A DNA stretch of 37,777 nucleotides, taken from positions 1 through 37,777 of the forward strand of contig JAXHSS010000002.1 of assembly GCA_034190675.1 (NCBI GenBank). Reading direction: 5' to 3'. Positions 18,786 to 27,614 of the stretch are shown here, one piece after another. A program made the position numbers and the translations under genes. The first letter of the stretch is position 1; each line of letters begins with the position of its first letter. Origin of the DNA: Pseudomonadota bacterium. GTDB lineage: Bacteria > Pseudomonadota > Gammaproteobacteria > Pseudomonadales > JAXHSS01. The notes under the pieces were generated by a model. The model saw only the letters and a program-made list of their open reading frames with translations, had not been told where the DNA came from and did no database searches.

Positions 18786-18955
18786 AATATTTCTCCAAAT
18801 TGGGTTAGGCCTCCACACTCCCCAAACCTCGACTGAATTGAACAGCACCCAAGGCTTAGTTTGTTCAGAGCGTGTGTGTTTTCATAAAAATTGCTAGCTC
18901 TGACGAAATAGCATTTATAGGCAGAAATCGTTACAATGCTTTTTCGATTTCCACG
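18786..18955 (-). promoter_or_regulatory. Long rpsB 5' UTR, candidate S2 autoregulatory leader
   Basis: About 170 nt separate the predicted promoter from the rpsB ATG. This is similar in length to the E. coli rpsB leader, which mediates S2 feedback. I did not fold the structure. Confidence 0.4.
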
Positions 18956-18962
18956 GGCGCGG

Positions 18963-18991
18963 TTTATACCATAAACACCCCTTAGGAACAA
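18963..18991 (-). promoter_or_regulatory. Candidate rpsB promoter with extended -10
   Basis: The minus strand reads TTGTTC (18986-18991), a 17-nt spacer, then TGgTATAAA (18963-18971). It is an extended -10 type promoter, as described for E. coli rpsB. Confidence 0.45.
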
Positions 18992-19030
18992 CCAAAAAGC
19001 CTTTTTATTGCACAATTTTAACGAATTACC

Positions 19031-19795
19031 ATGACGCTAATCAAAGATGCCACCGCCATTGAAAAAATGCGCACCGCAGGCCGCCTAGCTGGCGAAGTTT
19101 TAGAAATGATTACGCCCCATGTTCAGCCGGGCATCACCACCGCTGAACTAGACAAGCTTTGCCATGACTACATTGTTGATGTTCAACAAGGCATTCCAGC
19201 TTGTTTGGGCTACCGCGGATTCCCCAAATCCATCTGCACATCGGTTAATCACGTGATCTGTCACGGTATTCCTGATGATAAAGCGATCAAATCGGGTGAT
19301 ATCATCAACATTGATGTGACGGTCATTAAGGACGGTTATCACGGCGACACCAGCAAAATGTTTGTTGTTGGTGATGCTATGCCCTTTGCAGAGCGCATTG
19401 TGCGAGTTGCTCGCGAATGCATGATGGTCGGCATTGAAATGGTGAAGCCCGGCGTGCGTTTAGGTGATATTGGCTATGCGATCCAACGTCATGCCGAAAA
19501 AAACCGCTTCTCTGTTGTGCGCGAATACTGCGGTCATGGTATCGGTGAAAACTTCCATGAAGACCCACAGGTTTTGCATTATGGCAAACCTGGAACAGGA
19601 CAAGTTCTCGAAGAAGGTATGACCTTCACGATCGAGCCGATGATTAACCAAGGTACACGCCAGACTAAGTTGCTCAACGACGGCTGGACAGTGATCACAA
19701 AAGACCGCAAGTTGTCTGCTCAATGGGAGCACACCTTGGCCGTAACAGCCGATGGCGTAGAAATTCTTACCCTGCGTCAGGAAGAAAAATTATAA
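19031..19795 (+). CDS. map: Type I methionine aminopeptidase
   Basis: VCHGIP, DIINIDVTVIKDGYHGD and HGIG motifs. Divergent from rpsB, as in most gammaproteobacteria. Confidence 0.97.
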   Translation: MTLIKDATAIEKMRTAGRLAGEVLEMITPHVQPGITTAELDKLCHDYIVDVQQGIPACLGYRGFPKSICTSVNHVICHGIPDDKAIKSGDIINIDVTVIKDGYHGDTSKMFVVGDAMPFAERIVRVARECMMVGIEMVKPGVRLGDIGYAIQRHAEKNRFSVVREYCGHGIGENFHEDPQVLHYGKPGTGQVLEEGMTFTIEPMINQGTRQTKLLNDGWTVITKDRKLSAQWEHTLAVTADGVEILTLRQEEKL

Positions 19796-22461
19796 TGAAT
19801 ATGGTCGATCCCAGCGCGTTTGTCATTGATTTTGAATCACCAAGCCCTGAGCGCATCAAGCAATACCTTGCTGATCAACGTCAACACCTAGAAACCGCAT
19901 TTTATGAGCTTGATAGCTCAGCGACGGTTTTGGTTCAACGTTATGCGCAGGTCGTGGATCAGCTGTTAATTCAGCTTTGGCACCACCACATGGGCAACAC
20001 ACCAGCGGCTCTTATTGCCGTGGGTGGCTATGGCCGTAATGAGCTCTTTCCGTTTTCAGATATTGACCTTTTAGTGCTGGTCGATGAATGGACTACGCAA
20101 ATCGAAGAAACGCTGTCCGACTTCATCCGCTCACTTTGGGACACGGGGCTAAAAATTGGCCACAGCTGTCGCACCATAGACGAGTGCGTCGAGCAAGCAA
20201 AAGGCGATTTGACCATCATAACGAACTTGATGGAATCGCGCTTCATGGTGGGTCAACCCATCTTGCACGACCAACTTATTGAGCGCACCAGTCCTCGTCA
20301 TATCTGGCCTGCCAAAGCGTTTTTCCTAGGCAAGCTTGAAGAACAAAAACAGCGTTATGCTCGTCATAATTTCACTGAATACAATGTCGAACCCGACATT
20401 AAAAACGCACCTGGCGGCATTCGCGACATCAATACCGTATTGTGGATCGCCAGACGTTATTTCAATGTTAGCACCCTTGGCGACCTTATCGCCCACGGTT
20501 TTTTAACAACTGCAGAAAAGCACAGCCTTGATCAGTGCCGCGAGTTTTTATTCCGCTTGCGCTTCGCCTTACATTTGCATACCCAAAAAGAAGAAAACCA
20601 TCTGCTCTTTAACTATCAAAAAAGCATTGCCATTGCGCTGAAATACGACGACGGTGAACAGCAAAATAATCAAGGCATTGAGATGATGATGCAAGATTAT
20701 TACACCAATGCTCAGCGCGTCTCGCACATCAATGAGCTGTTATTGCAGTTTTTTGAGCAAGACCTATTAGCTAGCGAGTCCGAGCAAACGGTTATTGAGC
20801 TAGATGAGCGTTACGAAATCCGCAACGGCTTTTTAGGGGCAAAAGACCCGATGCTTTTTGTCAAAGCACCAGAAGCCATGTTGGAGATTTTCAATCGCTA
20901 CGCCGTCACGAAAGAAATCCAAGGTATTCAAGCCATGTCCATTCGTCAGATTATGGCGAACTTGGACTTAATTGATGACGCCTATCGCGAAAACCCATTG
21001 CACAACGAGCTTTTTGTTAACCTATTTAAGCATTGCAAATACCATCTCACCACGCCGCTTCGACTTATGCGCCGCTATGGTGTTCTTGGCAAATACATGC
21101 CGCAGTTCGACATGATTGTCGGCATGATGCAATACGACCTTTTTCACATATACACCGTTGATGTCCACACCCTCAAGGTGGTCGAAAATATGCGTCTATT
21201 GCGCTATGAATCAACGGCCGAAGAGCTACCATTGGCGACAGATATCTACAGCCAGCTACCTAGAAAAGAGCTTTTGTATTTATCGGGCGTTTTCCATGAT
21301 ATTGCCAAAGGCCGCGGGGGCGATCACTCAGAACTTGGCGCTGCAGATGCGCGAGAGTTTGGCGAGCAGCATAATCTTGGCCAGTGGGATACTGAGCTCA
21401 TTGCCTGGCTAACCGAACACCATCTGTTGATGTCGATCACAGCCCAAAAGAAAGACCTATCTGATCCCGACGTGATCCATGAATTCGCGAGCATTGTTGG
21501 CGATCTTACCCACCTCAATTATTTATATTGTTTAACTGTTTGCGATATTCGCGCAACGAATCCAAAACTCTGGAATGCTTGGCGGGCAGAGTTGCTGCAA
21601 ACGCTTTACAGGCTAACTAAACGACAGCTGGTTCATGGCCTAAACAATCCAATTGCGGCAAAAAATCGCGTGGCCGATAATCAATCATCAGCAATGAAGG
21701 CCCTCATCAGTGAAGGCTTTGCCGAGGCTCAAGTGGCTGAGCTTTGGGCCCCCTTTGGCGATGATTATTTTCTTCGTGAAACTTGGCAAGATATCGCCTG
21801 GCATACTCGCGCGATACTCAACCAAACGAATGACAAGCCGCTGGTGCTGATGCAAGAGGCGACTTTTCGCGATATGGACGCAGCAACGCAGATCTTTATT
21901 TATACCCCTGATCAACCTCATTTGTTCAGTCATGTGGTAAAAGCCTTGGATAAACTGGGCCTTTCTATTTTGGATGCACGAGTGATGACCAGCGAAGGCG
22001 GGCAAAGTCTCGATACATTTATTGTCGAAAACCAAAGTCGTATGTGCCTCAACAACGAAGCTGACCAGCAGGTGGTTCGCACCACTTTGCAACAGGCCAT
22101 TACAGACCCTGCCAGCTTAGAGCAATACAGTCGACCGGCTCACCTACCACGCCAATACAAGTTTTTCTCGATAAAGACCCGCGTGTTCTTGTCAAACAAT
22201 CTCCAAGATTCGAATACAGTAATTGAAGTTCATACACTCGATCTCCCTGGGCTTTTGGTGATGATGAGCGATATCTTTAATGACTACAAATTTTCGATTC
22301 AAGGCGCTAGAATTGCGACTCTTGGCGAGCGTGTAGAAGATTATTTCTTTGTCACTATGGAAAATGGTGAACCACTGCGTGACCCTGAGTTATGCCAAAC
22401 TCTTAGTGAAAAAATTACGCAGCGCTTGGAAGCTGCGATTAACGAGCAAACAACATGGTAA
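19795..22461 (+). CDS. glnD: [Protein-PII] uridylyltransferase / uridylyl-removing enzyme
   Basis: 888 aa with a nucleotidyltransferase N-terminus (GGYGRNELFPFSDIDL), an HD domain (FHDIAKGRGGDHSELGA) and two ACT-like C-terminal repeats. The ATG at 19795 overlaps the map stop (TAATG). The ORF-track start at 19723 is an extension. Confidence 0.95.
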   Translation: MNMVDPSAFVIDFESPSPERIKQYLADQRQHLETAFYELDSSATVLVQRYAQVVDQLLIQLWHHHMGNTPAALIAVGGYGRNELFPFSDIDLLVLVDEWTTQIEETLSDFIRSLWDTGLKIGHSCRTIDECVEQAKGDLTIITNLMESRFMVGQPILHDQLIERTSPRHIWPAKAFFLGKLEEQKQRYARHNFTEYNVEPDIKNAPGGIRDINTVLWIARRYFNVSTLGDLIAHGFLTTAEKHSLDQCREFLFRLRFALHLHTQKEENHLLFNYQKSIAIALKYDDGEQQNNQGIEMMMQDYYTNAQRVSHINELLLQFFEQDLLASESEQTVIELDERYEIRNGFLGAKDPMLFVKAPEAMLEIFNRYAVTKEIQGIQAMSIRQIMANLDLIDDAYRENPLHNELFVNLFKHCKYHLTTPLRLMRRYGVLGKYMPQFDMIVGMMQYDLFHIYTVDVHTLKVVENMRLLRYESTAEELPLATDIYSQLPRKELLYLSGVFHDIAKGRGGDHSELGAADAREFGEQHNLGQWDTELIAWLTEHHLLMSITAQKKDLSDPDVIHEFASIVGDLTHLNYLYCLTVCDIRATNPKLWNAWRAELLQTLYRLTKRQLVHGLNNPIAAKNRVADNQSSAMKALISEGFAEAQVAELWAPFGDDYFLRETWQDIAWHTRAILNQTNDKPLVLMQEATFRDMDAATQIFIYTPDQPHLFSHVVKALDKLGLSILDARVMTSEGGQSLDTFIVENQSRMCLNNEADQQVVRTTLQQAITDPASLEQYSRPAHLPRQYKFFSIKTRVFLSNNLQDSNTVIEVHTLDLPGLLVMMSDIFNDYKFSIQGARIATLGERVEDYFFVTMENGEPLRDPELCQTLSEKITQRLEAAINEQTTW

Positions 22462-22805
22462 AAGTTTACGGTATTAAAAACTGCGACACTGTTCGCAAAG
22501 CATTAAAGTGGCTTGAATCAAACCAAGTTGACTTCCAATTTGTTGATTACCGCAAAGACCCTCTTGATGAGGACACACTGAGCTTATATGCGAAAACCAG
22601 CTTAGGCGCGCCGTTAATCAATACTCGCAGCACGTCATTCCGTGCGCTCGATGATGACCAAAAAGGCCGTCTAAAGGCTGCGTCACCCGATTATAACTTA
22701 TTGAGTGAAAACCCAAACATCATCAAACGCCCGATCGTGGAGACCCAAGATCAAGTCATTATTGGCTTTGATGAATCCCTTTATCAGCAATATTTACCCG
22801 CATAA
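22455..22805 (+). CDS. ArsC/Spx-family protein, YffB-like
   Basis: 116 aa with MVKVYGIKNCDTVRKALKWLE, a thioredoxin-like fold carrying a single Cys in the NCDT motif. The start overlaps the glnD stop (ATGGTAA). A yffB-dapE neighbourhood is also seen in E. coli. Confidence 0.8.
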   Translation: MVKVYGIKNCDTVRKALKWLESNQVDFQFVDYRKDPLDEDTLSLYAKTSLGAPLINTRSTSFRALDDDQKGRLKAASPDYNLLSENPNIIKRPIVETQDQVIIGFDESLYQQYLPA

Positions 22806-22820
22806 CGCAGAGGAGCTTTT

Positions 22821-23840
22821 ATGTCGACATTTCATAGCCTAGGTTTTGGTATTGGTACGAAAAACGCCAAACTTGAGTGGCTGGAAGTTTTTTATCCACA
22901 ACCTGTTCTAGCACCAGAAGCCTCATTGGTCGATGCGATTCAATCCGTTTTAGGCGATGCAACAGGCACGATTGAGCCAAACCGTGAACAGTGGTTGGCA
23001 CTTGCTGGTGCATTGGAAAACCCTGCCCTAGAAAAAATCGCAAAAACCTGCGCTGAAAGCGTGCGTCCGGCAGTGCTGACTTTGATCGCAAAAGACAGCA
23101 AGCCTGAATCAACACCAGAAGCTTACCTAAAGCTTCATTTGCTATCACACCGTCTGGTTAAACCTCATGGTGTTAGTCTTGAAGGCATTTTTGCGTTGTT
23201 GCCTAACGTCGCGTGGACAAATGAAGGCGCCATTGACCTTAATGAATTATCTGACCGCCAGCTTCAGGCTCGCGCTCAAAACCGCATGCTGTCGGTTGAA
23301 TCCGTTGATAAATTCCCGAAAATGACGGACTACGTTGTCCCTACGGGTACTCGTATTGCCGATACGGCTCGTGTTCGCCTTGGCGCTTACGTTGGTGAAG
23401 GCACCACGATCATGCATGAGGGCTTTATCAACTTTAATGCGGGTACGCAAGGCAAGAGCATGGTTGAAGGCCGCATCTCAGCAGGCGTATTCGTTGGCGA
23501 AGGCTCTGACTTAGGTGGTAGCTCATCAACAATGGGCACTTTGTCAGGCGGCGGCAATATCATCATCAGCCTAGGCGAAGAATGCTTGCTGGGTGCAAAT
23601 GCAGGTACAGGTATTCCATTGGGTGATAAGTGCACAATTGAATCTGGCTTGTATATCACGGCTGGCACGAAAGTGATGCTTTTAGATGATCAGAAAAACG
23701 AAGTCAAAGAAGTGAAAGCTCGTGAACTGGCCGGTCAATCAAACTTATTGTTCATCCGCAACTCGGTAACAGGCCGCGTTGAGTGTCGCACGAATAAATC
23801 CGCTGTCGTACTGAACAACGAACTCCATGCCAATAACTAA
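22821..23840 (+). CDS. dapD: 2,3,4,5-tetrahydropyridine-2,6-dicarboxylate N-succinyltransferase (long, Pseudomonas-type)
   Basis: 339 aa. WLEVFYPQP, AYLKLHLLSHRLVKPHGV, DKFPKMTDYVVPTGTRIADTARVRLGAY and TMGTLSGGGN closely match my recollection of the long DapD form in Pseudomonas. AGGAG SD. Confidence 0.93.
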   Translation: MSTFHSLGFGIGTKNAKLEWLEVFYPQPVLAPEASLVDAIQSVLGDATGTIEPNREQWLALAGALENPALEKIAKTCAESVRPAVLTLIAKDSKPESTPEAYLKLHLLSHRLVKPHGVSLEGIFALLPNVAWTNEGAIDLNELSDRQLQARAQNRMLSVESVDKFPKMTDYVVPTGTRIADTARVRLGAYVGEGTTIMHEGFINFNAGTQGKSMVEGRISAGVFVGEGSDLGGSSSTMGTLSGGGNIIISLGEECLLGANAGTGIPLGDKCTIESGLYITAGTKVMLLDDQKNEVKEVKARELAGQSNLLFIRNSVTGRVECRTNKSAVVLNNELHANN

Positions 23841-25005
23841 ACAATCAACCACCTTAGAATACACCTGCGACCTGATTCGTCGGGCGTCTGTTACACCTAA
23901 GGACGAAGGCTGCCAAGATTTTATGATCGAAAAGCTTGAAGCCTTAGGTTTTGAGATCACTCGCCTGCCATTTGGTGAAGGCGATGAACGGGTGGAAAAT
24001 TTCTGGGCTGTTTATGATGGCAGCAAGAGCAATGGCAGTGAAACAACCGCGCCAACCTTGATTTTTGCAGGTCATACCGATGTCGTTCCCACCGGTGATC
24101 TAAGCGCATGGGATAGTGATCCATTTGAGCCAACTATGGTTAATGGCGAACTGGTCGGTCGCGGTGCAGCTGACATGAAAGGCAGTCTAGCCGCTATGCT
24201 GGCTTGCTGTGAACGCTTCATACAACAGCACCCTGCATTTAACGGTCGTATCGGCTTTTTGATCACTTCGGATGAGGAAGGTCCTGCTACCTATGGCACG
24301 GTCAAAGTCGTTGAATGGCTACAAGAGCAACAACAACGTATTGATTATTGCATTGTGGGCGAGCCTTCAAGCACGGCGACACTGGGCGATGTCATTAAAA
24401 ATGGACGCCGCGGCTCATTGAATGGTTATTTACGCATTAACGGTAAGCAAGGACATATTGCTTACCCTCATCTGGCTGATAACCCCATTCACCGCAGCAG
24501 CGAAGCTCTGGTCAAACTGGTTGCTGAGCAATGGGATCAGGGTAATGACTATTTCCCGCCGACCAGCTTTCAGATTTCGAATATGAACTCAGGAACAGGC
24601 GCAACCAATGTCATTCCTGGTCATACCGAGATGGTATTCAACTTTCGCTACAGCACTGAGACAACAGCAGATCAGCTGCGTGAGCGTGTTGCGAAGATCC
24701 TTGATGGCTGTGATATTAACTACCAACTGGACTGGGTTCACAGTGGCGAGCCATTTTTGACACCGGCGGGCGAGCTAACCGATGCTTGCGCATCCGTCAT
24801 TAAGAAAGTTACTGGTACTCAAGCCACGCTTTCAACCACAGGTGGTACATCAGATGGGCGCTTCATCGCAAAACTTGGCTGTCAATTAGTCGAGCTTGGC
24901 CCCATCAACAAAACCATTCATCAAATCAATGAGCGTGTTGATGCTAACAGCCTTGATCAGCTAACAGAGGTGTATCAGGGCGTTTTAGAATCACTGTTTA
25001 TCTAA
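23827..25005 (+). CDS. dapE: Succinyl-diaminopimelate desuccinylase
   Basis: M20 peptidase motifs FAGHTDVVPTG and GRGAADMKGS. The N-terminus LIRRASVTPKDEGCQ parallels E. coli DapE. It overlaps the dapD 3' end by 14 nt. Confidence 0.92.
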   Translation: MPITKQSTTLEYTCDLIRRASVTPKDEGCQDFMIEKLEALGFEITRLPFGEGDERVENFWAVYDGSKSNGSETTAPTLIFAGHTDVVPTGDLSAWDSDPFEPTMVNGELVGRGAADMKGSLAAMLACCERFIQQHPAFNGRIGFLITSDEEGPATYGTVKVVEWLQEQQQRIDYCIVGEPSSTATLGDVIKNGRRGSLNGYLRINGKQGHIAYPHLADNPIHRSSEALVKLVAEQWDQGNDYFPPTSFQISNMNSGTGATNVIPGHTEMVFNFRYSTETTADQLRERVAKILDGCDINYQLDWVHSGEPFLTPAGELTDACASVIKKVTGTQATLSTTGGTSDGRFIAKLGCQLVELGPINKTIHQINERVDANSLDQLTEVYQGVLESLFI

Positions 25006-25208
25006 ACACGTGAACCGAGCTGCGCCAGAGGCTTACAAGCTTTCGGCGCGGTCTTGCTATTCCGTTGAAACATTTACATCATCATTTCATCAAAAAACAC
25101 CGCCCAAAGAGGCTCTCGACGCACAAAAGTGTATCGTTAGGTAATCCGCTCTTGGAGCGGTTGTTGAAATCTATTACAGTAAACTCACTGAAATTTTATG
25201 CTAGCACT

Positions 25209-25850
25209 ATGTCTCGACTCCTGATTTTGAGCTTCCTTAGTAGCCTATTACTGCTTTCTGGCTGCGGCCAAAAAAAACAAACCATAGAATATGAAAACCT
25301 CGATTCTTGGTTTTCTGTCCCACTACTCGATAAGTTTTTCTCGCAGTCAGCGCTAGGCAGTTTTTTGGCTTCACCAGATGGCCAAAATTTTAAAATGCCG
25401 CCGAAAGTCAAAGAGGAAAATGCGCGTGTTTTCTTTTATCGCCCACACAATACTTGGGGCGAGCAAGAGTGGCAAGCACCTAAGCTTTACATCGATGGCG
25501 AGGCCTTATTCAGCCTAAAAAGCGGCGGATATACATGGGTTGAAATTCCACCAGGTGAACGTCACATTGTTGGCCGTCGCCCGATGGCATTTATTCAGCT
25601 GATTGAAATTTTCGAGCTTGATCTGGACCTTCAAGCCGGTCAAGACTATTACATCCGCTATTCAGAAGACGATAAGCTGAATATGAGTAAATTACTTCAA
25701 AGCGGTGATTTATATATCGATAAAGAGTCCATTCAGGTGATTCCTGCCCGCGTTGGACAGTACGATATCAACGGTACCCGCTACTATACTCCAGGCTTAT
25801 ATCTTGGCAAAAAAGATGATTTTGACGCCTACGAAGATACGTTGAACTAA
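25209..25850 (+). CDS. Lipoprotein of unknown function, DUF2846-like C-terminal domain
   Basis: The ATG at 25209 gives MSRLLILSFLSSLLLLSGCGQ (lipobox LSGC). The pattern ARVFFYRP...YIDGEALFSLKSGGYTWVEIPPGERHIV...GQDYYIRY resembles DUF2846 from memory. No clear SD is present. The ORF-track TTG at 25065 is an extension. Confidence 0.65.
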   Translation: MSRLLILSFLSSLLLLSGCGQKKQTIEYENLDSWFSVPLLDKFFSQSALGSFLASPDGQNFKMPPKVKEENARVFFYRPHNTWGEQEWQAPKLYIDGEALFSLKSGGYTWVEIPPGERHIVGRRPMAFIQLIEIFELDLDLQAGQDYYIRYSEDDKLNMSKLLQSGDLYIDKESIQVIPARVGQYDINGTRYYTPGLYLGKKDDFDAYEDTLN

Positions 25851-25909
25851 ACCTTTGCTTCAGGCTTTTCTGCCTTTAGAGCAATAGAAATAAATAAAGT
25901 AACACAAAT

Positions 25910-25945
25910 AAAAAAGCTACTCAGCAAAACTGAGTAGCTTTTTTT
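25910..25945. terminator. Bidirectional rho-independent terminator between the convergent lipoprotein and PEBP genes
   Basis: AAAAAA-GCTACTCAG-caaaa-CTGAGTAGC-TTTTTTT: a perfect 9-bp stem with an A-run and a T-run. Confidence 0.8.
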
Positions 25946-25965
25946 ATGGACTTAATTATTTGAGG

Positions 25966-26526
25966 TTAGTCTCGCTGATACGTCGCTTCAAGTGTTGCTG
26001 AATCAATCGCCAATTGGTTCACAAAATAACCCACTAAGGCACTGGATGGGTTCTCAGGCAGCTCTAACCTCTGCGATAAGGCAAAGACAGTAAACTGATA
26101 ACGGTGAGCACCATGGCCCTTTGGCGGGCATGCTCCACCAAAACCTGCATAACCGAAGTCATTTGATATCTGCTCACTCCCTTCGGGCAGATTTTCACCT
26201 GACGCATCGCCGACTCCCGTGGCCAGCTCGTTGACATCGCTCGGCAAATTAATAAGCTGCCAATGCCACCAGCCGCTACCCGTTGGTGCATCAGGATCAT
26301 ATGCAAAAACCGCAAATGCTTGAGTCTTCTCTGGAGCGCCTGACCAAGACAAGTGCGGCGATAGATTATCACCACTACAGCCAAACCCAGCAAACTCTTG
26401 GGCTTGGCTCAAAGGCTGGCCTTGCGACATATCTGTGCTGGTTAGTGTGAATGTTGAAGCGCAGGCCGTTGTGGATAACGCAAGAAATGATGCTGCCAAA
26501 AAATGGCGTTTAACTTTGCTGCTCAT
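25966..26526 (-). CDS. Secreted YbhB/YbcL-family PEBP (Raf kinase inhibitor-like) protein
   Basis: GGACPPKGHGAHRYQFTVFAL and AFAVFAYDPDAP motifs. The ATG at 26526 (MSSKVKRHFLAASFLALSTTACAST) gives a signal peptide and is preceded by AGGGGG. Confidence 0.85.
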   Translation of the reverse strand: MSSKVKRHFLAASFLALSTTACASTFTLTSTDMSQGQPLSQAQEFAGFGCSGDNLSPHLSWSGAPEKTQAFAVFAYDPDAPTGSGWWHWQLINLPSDVNELATGVGDASGENLPEGSEQISNDFGYAGFGGACPPKGHGAHRYQFTVFALSQRLELPENPSSALVGYFVNQLAIDSATLEATYQRD

Positions 26527-26630
26527 AGAGCCCCCTATTTGATCTTGAGATGATTTGAATCTCAATTGTAGCCAGTCATTGATACCTTGATTAGCCCAAA
26601 TTAGGTCATCTAATCGCCCGATTCAATCAA

Positions 26631-27470
26631 TTAAGCTTTACGTAGCTGACTTGGGGTTGTATGAAACAACTGCTTAAATTTCTCGGTAAATCGAGAGGGC
26701 GAATGATAGCCACATTGCTCAGCAATTTGACTAATGGAATGATGCGTTGTTTGCACCAAATCCAGCCCCATTCCCAAGATCACTTGATCTTTTATCTCTT
26801 GAAAACTTAAGCCCTCAGCATGAAGCTTGCGGCCAAGCGTCGATTCGCTCATCGCCAATGCCGAGGACACGGCGCTCATGCTAACGTCTTTAAAATCCAT
26901 TGCTCGAATAAGCGAAAACACTTTGTGGCTCAGGCTAGGCGGCTCCGCAAAATGAGCGACTTGTTCATAACCAAGACTAAACAAGGTGAGCAAAATCTCT
27001 CTTCGTCGCGCAGGCCATAGTGTTGCGGGCGAAAACTGAGACCACTCAATAAATTGCAGTAAAACCCGCTCTAGAAAATCGTTAATCTGACCTTCAACTA
27101 CTGGCTCTGTCGGGGCTTTAGAAAAGCTAATGGCAGCGTGCTGTTCAGGCAGCATGCTAAATGATGATGCACTAAAACAAGAGAAATCGTCATAATCAAA
27201 TTCGATAATTAATGCACGATATTGATCATTATTGGGGATATTTCGCACCATCACTTTTGAGTTATTCGATAAAAACACAAAATGGCCAGAACCACAGCGC
27301 ATTTGACGATCTCGGCCAAGCTCTTTTTGCCCAGAAAGGACACAGATTAGCAGAGGCTTAATGATCGGAACATTCGAAATCCGCTGCTCATGTACGCAAG
27401 AATAAGCAGAAAAAGGCAATAGGGCTTTAGTATCTTTGATTGCGCTTAGTGCTTCTATTAATCGATTCAC
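26631..27470 (-). CDS. AraC-family transcriptional regulator (AraC_N/YqhC-like sensor domain plus HTH)
   Basis: C-terminal double HTH: MSAVSSALAMSESTLGRKLHAEG ... ISQIAEQCGYHSPSRFTEKFKQLFHTTPSQLRK. GTG start at 27470 preceded by GAGGT. Confidence 0.85.
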   Translation of the reverse strand: MNRLIEALSAIKDTKALLPFSAYSCVHEQRISNVPIIKPLLICVLSGQKELGRDRQMRCGSGHFVFLSNNSKVMVRNIPNNDQYRALIIEFDYDDFSCFSASSFSMLPEQHAAISFSKAPTEPVVEGQINDFLERVLLQFIEWSQFSPATLWPARRREILLTLFSLGYEQVAHFAEPPSLSHKVFSLIRAMDFKDVSMSAVSSALAMSESTLGRKLHAEGLSFQEIKDQVILGMGLDLVQTTHHSISQIAEQCGYHSPSRFTEKFKQLFHTTPSQLRKA

Positions 27471-27614
27471 TCATTACCTCTTTGATCGAGCATGATCAGA
27501 CAGTCTGTGTTATCAAATCAGCCGTATTCTACTATCTTAAACCAGCTTCAAAGTTTTTTTAAGCAAGTAGAGCACCCTGCTACTCACAGCTAAAGCGCTC
27601 TATACACTAGATGT

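Noticed and set aside
18773-19015. 80-aa minus-strand ORF between rpsB and map.
   Set aside because: It overlaps the rpsB start, spans the predicted rpsB promoter and leader, and has an implausible composition. It is better explained as untranslated leader RNA.
27492-27593. 33-codon plus-strand ORF (MIRQSVLSNQPYSTILNQLQSFFKQVEHPATHS) in the AI-2E/AraC spacer.
   Set aside because: It has no SD, lies opposite to both flanking genes, and has no recognisable features. It cannot be supported from sequence alone.
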